Shown piece by piece: positions 42,498 to 53,132 of a stretch of DNA of 64,000 bases; position 1 is the first letter of the stretch, and each line of letters opens with the position of its first letter. Both the position numbers and the translations under genes were made by a program. Source of the stretch: Longimicrobiales bacterium. Lineage in GTDB: Bacteria > Gemmatimonadota > Gemmatimonadetes > Longimicrobiales > Gaopeijiaceae. Location: NCBI GenBank assembly GCA_965238005.1, contig OZ250165.1:3328001-3392000 (forward strand), read 5' to 3'. Below the pieces are notes generated by a model, which saw nothing but the letters and a program-made list of their open reading frames with translations, searched no databases and was not told the origin of the DNA.

Positions 42498-43735
42498 GGT
42501 CGGGGGCCGGGAACGGTCTCGCCCTGCCCGGGTGGGTAACGCTCGAAGAAGCCGTGTATGGCGCGAGCCAGTGCCTCCGCGAGCTCCACCTGAAACTGGG
42601 CCCGAGAGAGGGCTCGCTCTTCCTCGCGGTTCGTCACGAAGCCCACCTCGACCAGCACAGCCGGCATGAGGGCATTCGTGATGACGGCGAACGGTCCCTG
42701 CTTGACCCCACGGCTCGGGCCGGGATGCACCGTCTCCAATTCCCTCTGCACCCCCTCCGCCAGCAGGGATGACCAGTGCTGATGATCCAGATTGCGCAGC
42801 TCCCGCAGGATGAAGCCGAGGTCTTCATCCTCCCCCTCCACTTCCCCATCCTCACGATCCATCCGGAGCGGAGCGTTTTCGTTGGCCGCCACCCGGCGCT
42901 CGTGTTCGGTGCGAGCCTCCGACAGGAAGTAGGTCTCGAATCCGCGGATGGAGGGACGGCCCGGGAGGGCGTTGACGTGGATTGAGACGAAGATCCCGGG
43001 GCGCTCGCCCTTCCAGTTTGTCGCAAGCTCTCCGCGCTCCCAGAGTTGGACGAGAACGTCCCGGTCACGTGTGAGGTGGACCTCCAGGCTTTCGTCTCCC
43101 CGGAGCTCCCGGGCCAGCGCACGACCGACGGCCAGGGCGATATCCTTCTCGCGCCGGCCTCCAGGACCCACCGTGCCCGGATCCCTGCCGCCATGTCCCG
43201 GATCGATGATCACCACGCGCTTGTCGGGCGGCTCCGTGCGGACGTCGGACGCCAAGCCTGCCCACACGGCGGCGTCCCGGATCTCGAGAACACCCTCCTC
43301 CGGCAGGAAGGCGTAGCTCTCGCCTAGTCGGACGGGAAGAAAATCCAGGACGAACTGGAGGGGCACGTGCCCCACTCCACCCTCCGTGAAAGGCACGTCG
43401 ACTAGTTGAAGCACCTCACCGTTCCATCGGCACAGCGGAGTGCCGAAGGCGAACTCGACTACCGACCCAACATCGGCCATCGTGGCCCGTAGGCCCGACG
43501 CGCTCGACTCCACCGCCCATCCCAGACCCTCCAGGGCCTTCCACCCCAGGGCGGCATAGCCCCGGGATCGGTCTACTGGCAGCGATGTTGTCGCGCCCTC
43601 GGGCCCGCGCACTACCAACGGAGCCGATCCTTGCGCACACGCGTCACCGGCGGGCGCCACTGTCGCGACCGTGATGGCGGTCAGCCAGGAAACCGCGCGC
43701 CGCTCCAGCCAAAGGCGTCCGATTCGCGGCGTCAC
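42494..43735 (-). CDS. N-acetylmuramoyl-L-alanine amidase (Amidase_3)
   Basis: IIDPGHGGRDPG, EKDIAL, FVSIHVNA, GFETYFL, PAVLVEVGFVTN. Confidence 0.93.
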   Translation of the reverse strand: MTPRIGRLWLERRAVSWLTAITVATVAPAGDACAQGSAPLVVRGPEGATTSLPVDRSRGYAALGWKALEGLGWAVESSASGLRATMADVGSVVEFAFGTPLCRWNGEVLQLVDVPFTEGGVGHVPLQFVLDFLPVRLGESYAFLPEEGVLEIRDAAVWAGLASDVRTEPPDKRVVIIDPGHGGRDPGTVGPGGRREKDIALAVGRALARELRGDESLEVHLTRDRDVLVQLWERGELATNWKGERPGIFVSIHVNALPGRPSIRGFETYFLSEARTEHERRVAANENAPLRMDREDGEVEGEDEDLGFILRELRNLDHQHWSSLLAEGVQRELETVHPGPSRGVKQGPFAVITNALMPAVLVEVGFVTNREEERALSRAQFQVELAEALARAIHGFFERYPPGQGETVPGPRP

Positions 43736-44196
43736 CGGTGTTTGTCCATGGCTCGACGTGCCTCTCGCTCCTGGGTTTCCCGCTTGAGCTTCTCCCGCTT
43801 ATCGTAGAGGCGACGGCCCCGCGCAACGGCGAGGGTCACCTTGGCGTGCCCCCTTCGGAAGTAGATCTCCAGGGGGATGAGGGTGAGCCCCTTCTCCTCG
43901 ACTTTGACCACCAGGCGCCGGATCTCGTCCCGGTTGAGGAGAAGCTTGCGCGTCCGCTCGGGATCGACATTGGCTCGGTTGGCCTGCTCGTAGGGGGCGA
44001 TATGGAGGCTGTGGAGCCAGACCTCACCGCCCTCCACGCGGGCGAAGGAGTCTCGGAAGGCGAGTTGGCCCGCCCGAAGCGACTTCACCTCGGGTCCCTT
44101 CAAGACGATTCCGGCCTCGTAGGTGTCCAGGATCTTGAACTCACGGCGGGCCTTCCGATTCCGGCCCACGACCTTTCGCCCGTTCGCTTCGCTCAA
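43732..44196 (-). CDS. smpB: SsrA-binding protein
   Basis: NRKAR, EAGIVLKGPEVKSLR, RKLLL, YDKRE. Confidence 0.97.
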   Translation of the reverse strand: MSEANGRKVVGRNRKARREFKILDTYEAGIVLKGPEVKSLRAGQLAFRDSFARVEGGEVWLHSLHIAPYEQANRANVDPERTRKLLLNRDEIRRLVVKVEEKGLTLIPLEIYFRRGHAKVTLAVARGRRLYDKREKLKRETQEREARRAMDKHR

Positions 44197-44236
44197 AACG
44201 ACATCCGCCGCGAAGGGACGTCTTGACCGGCATGCC

Positions 44237-45160
44237 TCACGCAGATCCTCCCAGGGCGGTCTGTATCTGCACCTTTCGTGCTTTGCGCATGGTGTACACC
44301 TGGGCGATTTCTCCGCTCAGAACAAACACTACGGAGGCATAATAGATCCAGAAGAACAGCACGACCAAGGTGGTCAGGTTGCCATATGTGGAGCGGTAGT
44401 CCGCCACCGAGGTGGCGTACCAGCCGAAGCCCCACTTCATCACTTCGTACGACACGGCCATGACGGTCGCGGCCAGCCACGCCGTCCGCCACTGAATTCT
44501 CCGAGCCGGCACGTACCAGTAGATCAGGGCGAAGAGTGCCCAGATGGAGGTGAAGGCCAGGAGGACCGCCAACCACCTCTGGGTGGTCCCCAGGAAGTCC
44601 TCCGCAACACCGATGAGCCCCGCTCCCCACCCGCCCAGCGATTGGAGAACCAGGGTGATCACCACGTTCAGGAGGAGCAGAACGCCCCCGATCACCACGA
44701 CCTGCACGTCGAAGAGCTTGCCCCTCAGGATACCCCGATCCGCCGCAATGTCGAAGACCTCACGGAGAGCGGATCGCAGGGTACTGACGAGGCGGGTGGC
44801 GAGCCAGATGAAGAGCAGGGACCCTACGACGGAATAACCGGCACGGCCCGCAACTAGGCCGTTGATGGCCGACCCCATCTCGGCCATCAGGTCGATGTCC
44901 CCCCCGACCGCGGGAATGTAGTTCTCCAGCAGGCGGACAACGACCTCGGACGGGTTACCGTAGCGTGCGCGGAGCACATAACCCCAGAGGCCCACGACCA
45001 GCAGGAAGAGCGGCACGACCGCGATCAGGAGGTTGTAGCTGATCGCGCCTGCCATGAAGAAGACGTTGTCCTCGGTGGACTTCTGGTACACGCGGAACCA
45101 GAATTCCCGAAAACGATTGCGGCGCGAGCCGAGTGGAGTCCCCGCTCCTCCTCCGGTCAC
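44237..45160 (-). CDS. YihY/BrkB family membrane protein
   Basis: AGAISYN, multiple TM segments, TYGNLTTLVVLFFWIYY. Confidence 0.85.
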   Translation of the reverse strand: MTGGGAGTPLGSRRNRFREFWFRVYQKSTEDNVFFMAGAISYNLLIAVVPLFLLVVGLWGYVLRARYGNPSEVVVRLLENYIPAVGGDIDLMAEMGSAINGLVAGRAGYSVVGSLLFIWLATRLVSTLRSALREVFDIAADRGILRGKLFDVQVVVIGGVLLLLNVVITLVLQSLGGWGAGLIGVAEDFLGTTQRWLAVLLAFTSIWALFALIYWYVPARRIQWRTAWLAATVMAVSYEVMKWGFGWYATSVADYRSTYGNLTTLVVLFFWIYYASVVFVLSGEIAQVYTMRKARKVQIQTALGGSA

Positions 45161-45179
45161 GAGGGTCCCGAGTCAGGCA

Positions 45180-45620
45180 CTACTCGCCGGCGCCCTCCTC
45201 GGAGGAGCCGTCCCCGTCCACGCCGGAGGCCTCCCTTGCAGCTGCGACGCCGGCACGGGCCGCGGCCTTGGACCGTGCGAGCCGTGTCTCGAGGTCGCTG
45301 CGCGCCTCCTGGGCGGCCAGTCGCCCCGACTCGACCGCATCCTTGACGATGCCGACCCGGGCCTGCACGCCGTCCCTTACCGTGTCCAACCGCTCCTCGA
45401 GAGTATTCTGCGCCTCACGTATCCTCTCCTCGGCGGCGATACGGAGCTTGTGGGCTCTCTCTCTGATCTCTTCCTGCGTTTCCTCGCCGGACTGCGGAGC
45501 GAAGAGAAGAGCCAGCCCCGCGCCTACGAGCGCACCCAGGAAGAAAGAGCCGAAGCTCCCGCCGCTATCCCGCTCGACGATGATGTAAGGCAAGTCGTCT
45601 TGATTACGCATCGGATCCAC
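45180..45620 (-). CDS. YtxH domain protein
   Basis: FFLGALVGAGLALLFAPQSGEET motif followed by coiled coil. Confidence 0.85.
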   Translation of the reverse strand: MDPMRNQDDLPYIIVERDSGGSFGSFFLGALVGAGLALLFAPQSGEETQEEIRERAHKLRIAAEERIREAQNTLEERLDTVRDGVQARVGIVKDAVESGRLAAQEARSDLETRLARSKAAARAGVAAAREASGVDGDGSSEEGAGE

Positions 45621-45967
45621 TCCTGTGTGCTCCGCCCGGTGGTAAGCGAAGAGCTCCTCACCATCTCAAAGATACCGTGCCACGCCGGTGGATCACAGGA
45701 CCTCCAGAAGGCTGTTGAGGAAGTACAGCGGGCCGCCACCCGCGCTACCGGACGGATACCCGGGATGCCACGGCCCCAGATCCGGGGTACCCGCGCGACA
45801 GCGTGGGTCGGAGCGACGACGCCATAGCCGTCGCCCCGGTTAGGAGCTCCAACAACGGGGGCACCGCGCGAAGCGTGGTCGGGGCCGTGCCACCGCAACC
45901 CACGATACGTAAGTTCATACCAATCATTGTGTTGGGCACAGGGCGGTTGGACTTCCTCAACAGCCTT

Positions 45968-47374
45968 CTAAACCCTCCATCGTGGGTCGGGGGCGGGGAG
46001 ATCGGGCACGTCGTGATCGGGTCGTCCCATGAGGCCGTACGTGAGCTCCTTCCCGAGCTCGACCCCTGGCTGATCCAAGGGATTCACTCCATACAGGGCC
46101 CCTGCATACACGGTGGCAATGGACATGAGCATGAAGAGCTCGCCCAGTGACTCCGCGTCGAGCGCCTCCATCTCGAACGTCATGCTGGGCCGTCCGCGAA
46201 GGCGCAGAGCTTCGGCCGTGGCACGACGCTCGGCGTCCAGGAGCTCGCCCAGACTATGCCCCCCAAGATAGCCGACCGACGCCATGCCGGGCCTATGCCC
46301 GGCGATCTCCAGGTCCTCCACTCCACCCGCACCGGCTGCACCGGTGATGGTCAGGAACACCACGACCTTGTCCCGGGGGCCCTCCATGAAGAGCTGTACC
46401 TGCGAGTGTTGGTCCGTGACGCCCACGGCGGGGAGCGGGGTCGGCCCCGTATGGACGGTGTTGCCCGCAAGGTCGTTGGCCTTTCCCAGCGACTCCGCCC
46501 ATAGCTGTTGGAACCAGGAGGTGAATGAACGGAGGCGGTTCGAGTAGGGCATCAGCACGTGGATCGAGGCGCCAGACTCGCCATGGGCCGCGTGCAGAAG
46601 CGTGGCCATGAGCCCTGCCGGGTTTTCCCTGAGGACCAGCGTTCGACAGCGGTCGTCGGCCCGAGCGGCCCCGGCCAGGAGCGCCGCCGCATCGATCCCT
46701 ACCACCGCGGCGGGAAGGAGGCCCACGGGCGACAGTACCGAGAAGCGCCCCCCCACGTTCGGCGGGATGGGAAGGCTGGGGATGCCTTCTCCCTCTGCGA
46801 TGGCACGAAGGGGGCCGTCGGTCGGATCCGTCGTGAACAGGAAGTGGCCCCGCGCCTTGTCCGGTCCCACCTCGTCGATCAGCAGACCCTCCAACACGAG
46901 ATAGAGGGCGATGGTCTCGGCCGTGGTCCCCGACTTGCTGACCACGTTGAAGAGCGTACGGCGGATGTCGACGTGGCCCAGTAGATCGCGGACCGTGTCG
47001 GGATCGACGTTGTCCAGCACATAGATGCGCGGGAAGTGCTCCCGGGCCTCGTCGTCCTTCTCGTTCCAGAGGGGTCCCAGCAGGGCGTCCCGGAGCGTCC
47101 GAGCCCCCAGCGCCGACCCGCCGATCCCGAGGATCACCACATTCTCGAACCACTGCCCGTAGCCGTCGGCCAGCTCCTGAGTTCGGGCCAGCGTCTCCGA
47201 GGCATAGGGCAGGTCGAAGAAGCCCATTTCGCCCGAGGCCCGGCTGGCCTCCACGGCCTCGTAGGCCTGACGGAAACGTTCGGCCAGATCCGTCTCTAGT
47301 CGCTCGGGCTCGATCCCCTCGCCGCCGAGGTTCGGGGCGACCATGTTGGCGTAGTCCAGGGTGATGGGCGTCAT
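45968..47374 (-). CDS. pgi: Glucose-6-phosphate isomerase
   Basis: Start ATG 47374; GIGGSALG, SKSGTTAET, VGGRFSVLS, QLWAESLGK, DQPGVELGK. Confidence 0.95.
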   Translation of the reverse strand: MTPITLDYANMVAPNLGGEGIEPERLETDLAERFRQAYEAVEASRASGEMGFFDLPYASETLARTQELADGYGQWFENVVILGIGGSALGARTLRDALLGPLWNEKDDEAREHFPRIYVLDNVDPDTVRDLLGHVDIRRTLFNVVSKSGTTAETIALYLVLEGLLIDEVGPDKARGHFLFTTDPTDGPLRAIAEGEGIPSLPIPPNVGGRFSVLSPVGLLPAAVVGIDAAALLAGAARADDRCRTLVLRENPAGLMATLLHAAHGESGASIHVLMPYSNRLRSFTSWFQQLWAESLGKANDLAGNTVHTGPTPLPAVGVTDQHSQVQLFMEGPRDKVVVFLTITGAAGAGGVEDLEIAGHRPGMASVGYLGGHSLGELLDAERRATAEALRLRGRPSMTFEMEALDAESLGELFMLMSIATVYAGALYGVNPLDQPGVELGKELTYGLMGRPDHDVPDLPAPDPRWRV

Positions 47375-48150
47375 GGAATTTCGATGCTCAGTCCGTCGTA
47401 CGCCGGAAGGATACCGTCCGGCAGCCGGTCCACCAGCTCCTGGTGCCGCACGCGATGGGTCAGATGGATCAGGTACGTACGCTCCGCCCCCACGGTCTGT
47501 GCAGCCTCTACGGCCTCCTCGACGTTGAAGTGCGTCGGATGGGGACGGCCGAACCAAAGCGCGTTGAGGACAAGCACCCGGACACCGCTCAAGGTCTCTT
47601 TGGTTTCGTCGGGCAGGCACTTCCCGTCGGTCACATACCCCAGATCTCCCACCCGGAATCCGTAGACCGTGACCGGCCCGTGCGGGACGGCCAGGGGCTC
47701 GAAGCGATGGCCCACGACGGTGACCGGCTCCGACGGATCGAAGGGGAGGAGGCGGATCTCGGGCTTGGTCGTTCCGGCCGGCGGCCGGTAGCCGTCGTCG
47801 AAAATGTACCGGAAACGGGTCCTGAGGAGCTCCTCGTACTCACGCGGCACGAAGGCTGCGAGGTCGCGTCGGCTATGGGCCGTGAAGACGCGCAGGTCGT
47901 CGATCCCGTGGATGTGGTCGGCATGCGCATGCGTGAACCACACCGCATCCACTACCTCGACCCCGGCGCTCAGAAGCTGCAAACGAAGCTCCGGTGGCGT
48001 GTCCACGAGGACCGTGCCCCCGTCCAGCTCCAGGAGGGCTCCGTGCCGGGTCCGCCGGTCTCGTGGATCGTCGGACGTGCATGCGTCGCAGTCGCATCCC
48101 ACGACAGGCACGCCGAACGAGGTTCCGGTCCCCAAGAAGGTGAGCTTCAT
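47371..48150 (-). CDS. MBL-fold metallo-hydrolase (PhnP-like)
   Basis: FLGTGTSFGVPVVGC.C..C, THAHADHIHGIDD, AYDG. Confidence 0.9.
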   Translation of the reverse strand: MKLTFLGTGTSFGVPVVGCDCDACTSDDPRDRRTRHGALLELDGGTVLVDTPPELRLQLLSAGVEVVDAVWFTHAHADHIHGIDDLRVFTAHSRRDLAAFVPREYEELLRTRFRYIFDDGYRPPAGTTKPEIRLLPFDPSEPVTVVGHRFEPLAVPHGPVTVYGFRVGDLGYVTDGKCLPDETKETLSGVRVLVLNALWFGRPHPTHFNVEEAVEAAQTVGAERTYLIHLTHRVRHQELVDRLPDGILPAYDGLSIEIP

Positions 48151-48153
48151 CCC

Positions 48154-48237
48154 CTAGTGTTCCGTTGCCGAAGTTCGCGAGCCCACGGATGCACCGTGTC
48201 CTCGACTGGCCGAGACACTTGGGCAACGGGACACTAG
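48154..48237. mobile_element. MITE-like element, CTAG-bounded (84 bp)
   Basis: TIR ctagtgttccgttgccgaagt / acttgggcaacgggacactag; one CTAG contains the pyk stop codon. Confidence 0.7.
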
Positions 48238-49651
48238 AGCATCTCCACTCGCATGGTGTTCGTGCTGCCTGAGGTATGGAACGGGTACCCGGACGTCACG
48301 ACGATGGACTGGCCGGCCTTGCCGACGCCCGACTCGAGCACCGCCTGCTTACCGAAGTCCGTCAGGGAGTCGTACGAGACCTCCTCGTCCACGGCCAACA
48401 CGGGCCATACGCCCCACACCGCAGACATCTGTCGATAGGTATGCTCATCGGTGCAAACACAGAAGAGGGGCGCCAAAGGCCGATAGATCGACACGAGCCT
48501 CGCCGAGCGCCCGCTCCGGGTGATCACGATCACAGCCGGTGCGTCCACACGGCGTGCCGACTCGACCGTGGCCGAAGCCACAGCGTGCTCCCGATCGGTG
48601 GCGCCTCCCCTCGGTTGGGCGTCGACGACCGTGTCGTAGACCGGTCCGCGGTCCAAGACCCCACTGGACTCGATCTCCCGGGTGATGCGCACCATCGCCT
48701 CCAAGGAGGCCAGAGGATGCCTCCCCACCGCCGTCTCGCCGGACAGCATGATCGCGTCTGTTCCGTCGAGGATGGCGTTGGCCACGTCCGACGCCTCGGC
48801 CCGGGTAGGACGGGGATTCTCGATCATGGACTCGAGCATCTGGGTCGCCGTGATCACCGGACGGCCGTACGTGTTGGCGATCCGGACGATGCGCTTCTGG
48901 GCCAGGGGCACCTGCTCGAACGGGAGCTCGACGCCGAGATCGCCCCGGGCGACCATGACCGCATCGGCCACCGCCATGATGGCGTCGAGGGCATCCAGCG
49001 CTCGGGCCATCTCGATCTTCGCGACGACGAGGGCCTGGAAACCCACCCTGTCCTTGAGATCCCTGACGTCGGCGCCCCTCCGGACGAAGGAGAGGCCCAC
49101 GTACTCGACCCCCTGGCGCAACGCGAAGTCGAGATCGGCGAGGTCCTTGTCGGTGAGAGACGGGGCCTGCACGTCGATGCCCGGCATGTTGAGCCCCTTG
49201 TTGCTCCTGAGCACCCCCCCCGCACCACATCGAACGAGACCCTCTGCCCCAGGATCTCGACGCACTCCAGCTCGATGAGGCCGTCGTCCAGGAGAATGTG
49301 ATCGCCCGGCTTCAAGTCTTCTGCTAGGTGGGCATACGTCGTGGAGATGTCCCCGTCCCGGACCGCGCCCTCGGGGGCCAGGGTGACGCGCTCGCCGGGG
49401 GTGAACTCCACCGGCTTCGGGAGGTCGCCCACCCGGATCTTCGGGCCCGCCAGATCGGCCAGGATCGCCAAAGGACGCCGGGACTCCTCGGCCGCCGCGC
49501 GCAGGTGCTCGATGACCGCGGCGTGACCCTCGTGGTCGCCGTGCGACATGTTGATGCGGGCCACGTTCATGCCGCCCTCTACCAACGCGCGGACGCGCTC
49601 CGGGGAAGAGGTGGCGGGACCCAGCGTACAGACGATCTTGGTACGAACCAT
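48234..49651 (-). CDS. pyk: Pyruvate kinase, split by a 1-nt frameshift in a G8 tract at 49214-49221
   Basis: RTKIVCTLGPAT, ARINMSHG and DLAGPKIR in one frame; KGLN.PG, MVARGDLGVE, ATQMLESM and RAEASDV in another. Confidence 0.9.
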
Positions 49652-49808
49652 TCGTTCGTTCAGGACAGTGCGGGGGATATGGCGAGTCAGTCGTTCGAGC
49701 GCTCCGTTGAACCTCACTCTGGCCGAACGGTCCGGCAAGGTTCCGCCGACGCCCCGACTCGGGCGTTCGCTTGCGCTCTGGCCTCCCCGAGCCGAAGCTT
49801 CTTGCTCA

Positions 49809-50975
49809 ATGACATTCCAACTCATCACGGACCCCCGCGGCGTGCAGGAGCTGGCCGATGCCCTGGCCGGCGAAACGCGCCTCGCCGTCGACCTGGAGGC
49901 CGCCGGCTTCCACCGCTACTCGGATCGGGTCTGTCTCGTCCAGGTGAGCAGCCCCGACGCGACGTACCTCGTGGATCCCCTGGCGGTGGATCCCGCGCCC
50001 GCGCTCCGAGGACCTCTCGAGGCGCCCGACGTACGCATCATCTTTCATGGGGGCGACTACGATCTCCGACTTCTGGACCGCGATCTCGACCTCCACCCGG
50101 TGAACCTGTTCGACACCCAGACCGCGGCCGCGCTTCTGGGAGAGCCTTCTCTGGGGCTCGCATCCCTCCTCGAGACCTACTTCAGTGTGAACCTCGCCAA
50201 GAAGTATCAACGGGCTGATTGGACGAAGCGGCCCCTCTCCGAAGAGATGCTGGCGTACGCCGCCTCGGACACACAGCATCTCCACGCCCTGGCCGATCTG
50301 CTGCGTGAGCGCCTGGACGCCATGGGACGGCTGGCGTGGGCACAGGAGGAGTCGTCCCTCATGGAATCGCTCCGTTGGAGCGAGGAGGGGAAGGCCGACC
50401 CGGTGACCAAGGTGAAACGAGCTCGCTATCTGGAGCTTCGCGAGGTAGCACTGCTCCGGGAGGCGTGGCTGTGGAGGGACGAGATCGCTCGAAGGAGGGA
50501 TCGGGCACCCTTCCGGGTCGTGTCGGACAATGTGCTTGTCGAAGTGGTGCAGGTGCGCCCACGGAGCGTCTCGGGGCTTGCCGAGATGAGTGGGTTCTCG
50601 CCTCAGCTCGCCGACCGGTCGGGCCGCTCCCTCCTCGACCGTCTGGAGCGAATCGACCGTGTGGATACGGAGGAGTTGGTAGGATACCCGCGGAGTAATC
50701 GCACCGGGCCCGGCCGTCCTCCGCCGGAGATCGTAGAGGTGGCCGATCGCCTGAAGGCGGCCCGCAACCGTCGATCGGAAGAGCTCGGCATCGCCCGGGG
50801 CACGCTGGTCTCCAACACGCTGCTGCTGGAGATCGCCCGGGCCGGTCCCGAGAACGGCGAGGCGCTCCTGGCCGTGCAGGGCGTGAGGCGGTGGCAGGTC
50901 GAAGCCGTGGGTGATGCCCTACTGGAGGCCCTCAACGGAGGAGGCCCCGCCCTCCAGTCCCCCGGGCCCCCCTAA
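49809..50975 (+). CDS. rnd: Ribonuclease D (3'-5' exonuclease + HRDC)
   Basis: AVDLE, CLVQV, FDTQ.AA, DWTKRPL..EMLAYAASD; start ATG 49809. Confidence 0.88.
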   Translation: MTFQLITDPRGVQELADALAGETRLAVDLEAAGFHRYSDRVCLVQVSSPDATYLVDPLAVDPAPALRGPLEAPDVRIIFHGGDYDLRLLDRDLDLHPVNLFDTQTAAALLGEPSLGLASLLETYFSVNLAKKYQRADWTKRPLSEEMLAYAASDTQHLHALADLLRERLDAMGRLAWAQEESSLMESLRWSEEGKADPVTKVKRARYLELREVALLREAWLWRDEIARRRDRAPFRVVSDNVLVEVVQVRPRSVSGLAEMSGFSPQLADRSGRSLLDRLERIDRVDTEELVGYPRSNRTGPGRPPPEIVEVADRLKAARNRRSEELGIARGTLVSNTLLLEIARAGPENGEALLAVQGVRRWQVEAVGDALLEALNGGGPALQSPGPP

Positions 50976-51043
50976 GTGCCCTAACGAGAAGACCCGCCCG
51001 AGTCGCTTCGGGCGGATCTCCACTCTCGGAAGCCGGCTCGAGG

Positions 51044-51424
51044 TCAGGCCGCCTCTTCCTCCTTGAGCTTACACTCGATGCAGTAGCGAGCATGGGGCAG
51101 CGCGTCCAGGCGCTCGAGTCCCACCTCGGCCCCACACGTGTGACACAGTCCGAAGTTCTTGGGATCGTTGTAGAGCCGGCGGAGGGCCTCCTCCAGCCTG
51201 TAGATGTAGCGGCCCTCTTTGGTCGCGAAGAGGGCTGCCTTCTCTCGCTCCATGGCCTCAGTGCCCTGGTCGGCCATGTGATCCGTGTACACCGAGAGAT
51301 CCGAGTCCATGGACTCCCGGTCGAGCTTCGCCATTCTGTCGAAAAGCCCCAGGGCCTTGTGCGCCTTCGCGCGCTCATCCATGAGCCGCTTCTCGATATG
51401 CTTGAGCTGTGTCTTGGTAAGCAT
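51044..51424 (-). CDS. DksA/TraR C4-type zinc-finger protein
   Basis: HMADQGT, FGLCHTCG..V..ERLDALP.ARYCIEC. Confidence 0.9.
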   Translation of the reverse strand: MLTKTQLKHIEKRLMDERAKAHKALGLFDRMAKLDRESMDSDLSVYTDHMADQGTEAMEREKAALFATKEGRYIYRLEEALRRLYNDPKNFGLCHTCGAEVGLERLDALPHARYCIECKLKEEEAA

Positions 51425-51595
51425 CTTGGTTATGCCTCGTTCAGGGACGGCGAGTCGTCCGACCGGCTGTAAGGAAGAAAAATTAACCGAATCGGAAATG
51501 GCCGTCTACTCTGACGTAATCTGGAGGGTGCCCCCCGCAGGGAGCCCCTTTGACGGGCCACGCGGATCGCATCCGCAGCGCCGAAGAGGTGGTTC

Positions 51596-52591
51596 CTACC
51601 AACGAATCAGGGCGCTCCCCCAGGTCAAGCCGGATCCGAAAGCGGTCAGCGCGAGCAGGTCGCCACGCCCGAGCAAACCCTGGTCTACCACCTCAGCCAG
51701 AGCGATGGGAATCGTCGCGGCCGTCGTGTTTCCGTAGCGCTCGATGTTGTTGTAGACTCGGTCCTCCGGGAGCCCGAGCCGGCGTCTCACCATCTCGGAG
51801 ATCCGGAGGTTCGCTTGATGGGGGATGAGGAGGTCGATGTCCTCCGTGGTGAGCCCGTTGGCCGCGAGCGCCTCTTCGACCACCTCGGGCATCCTCCTGA
51901 CGGCATGCTTGAAGACCTCTCTCCCCACCATGGTGGGGTGGTGCCGACCCGCCTCCAGGTCCTCCGCCGTGATCCGGGGATGGCGTGCGCTGGACGCGGC
52001 GTCGCACCAAAGGATCTCCGCGTGACGGCCGTCGGCGTGGAGATGCGTGGAGAGCACGCCTCGGTCCTCATTCTCCGCGGCGCCGAGAACGACGGCTCCA
52101 GCGCCGTCACCGAAGAGAACGGCCATGTCCCGTCCACGAGTCGTGACGTCGATCCCCGTGGATTGGATCTCCACGCCGACCAGGAGGATCGTACTGTACT
52201 GCCCGCTCTTGATCCAAGCGTCCGCCACGGACAAGCCGTACAGGAAGCCGGTGCACTGGTCCCGAACGTCCAGAGCCGGAACACCGGCAAGGCCCAGCTC
52301 CCTCTGGAGGAAGACGCCCGTGCCGGGGAAGAAATGATCGGGACTGATGGTGGCCAGGATGATGGCGTCTACATCGGCGGGCTCCATGCCCGCCTCCTCG
52401 AGGGCATCGGTGCTGGCGCTCAGGGCCATCCCGGCCCCTGTCTCACCCTCCGAGACCCAGCGCCGCTCCCTGATCCCCGTCCGCTCTGTGATCCACTCGT
52501 CGGAGGTGTCCATGCGCTCCGACAGATCTTGATTGGAGACCACCCGTTCCGGCACGTAGTAGCCGGTTCCCAGGAACGCTGTCGTGGGCAA
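51596..52591 (-). CDS. fabH: 3-oxoacyl-ACP synthase III
   Basis: Probable TTG start after AAGGAGG; DTSDEWITERTGIRERR, QCTGF, FGDGAGA, PHQAN, YGNT.AA. Confidence 0.92.
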   Translation of the reverse strand: MPTTAFLGTGYYVPERVVSNQDLSERMDTSDEWITERTGIRERRWVSEGETGAGMALSASTDALEEAGMEPADVDAIILATISPDHFFPGTGVFLQRELGLAGVPALDVRDQCTGFLYGLSVADAWIKSGQYSTILLVGVEIQSTGIDVTTRGRDMAVLFGDGAGAVVLGAAENEDRGVLSTHLHADGRHAEILWCDAASSARHPRITAEDLEAGRHHPTMVGREVFKHAVRRMPEVVEEALAANGLTTEDIDLLIPHQANLRISEMVRRRLGLPEDRVYNNIERYGNTTAATIPIALAEVVDQGLLGRGDLLALTAFGSGLTWGSALIRW

Positions 52592-52730
52592 AACGCCCTC
52601 CTTGCTCAGATCGGACTCTCCCCGGCCGGACCCCACCAGGCTGGATCCCTCTCCGCCTCCGTGGGTAGTCGAGGTCTCGTCACGATCAGGGGCGCCGAAT
52701 CCTGTGTCAATCGGAGGGGCCGAAGCCACT

Positions 52731-53009
52731 GTGGAAACCATCGACTGCCGACGTTGTGGGCCGGACAAGGCCAAGCTGGCGAGGGCGCCGTTTCGCACCG
52801 ACCTGGGAGAGCGCATCCAGGAGCAGATCTGTTCCAATTGCTGGGCCGACTGGCTGCAGCATCAGACTCTTCTGATCAACCATTACGGTCTGGATCCGCG
52901 GGAGACCAAGGCCAAGGACTTCCTTTACGCCCAGATCGAGAACGTGCTCCTGGGCGACGGCGACGCGGAACAGGTCGACACGAGCAAGGAGGGCTCAATC
53001 GAGTGGTGA
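52731..53009 (+). CDS. Fe(II)-trafficking/oxidative damage protection protein (YggX-like)
   Basis: GTG start; PF..DLGERIQEQICSNCWADWLQHQTLLINHYGL. Confidence 0.85.
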   Translation: METIDCRRCGPDKAKLARAPFRTDLGERIQEQICSNCWADWLQHQTLLINHYGLDPRETKAKDFLYAQIENVLLGDGDAEQVDTSKEGSIEW

Positions 53010-53132
53010 GACGGTGGATCCCGACCTAGTCTGGGCGATGGCGGGAGGATAATGGAGGATTACGGGCGGTTGACTCCGACGCCTGGGGGACCTAGACCGC
53101 ACCCCATTACTCGGACAGGCTCCTAGACTAGT

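Noticed and set aside
43732..44196. tmRNA gene near smpB
   Set aside because: smpB is tightly flanked by CDSs and no ssrA-like ends were seen
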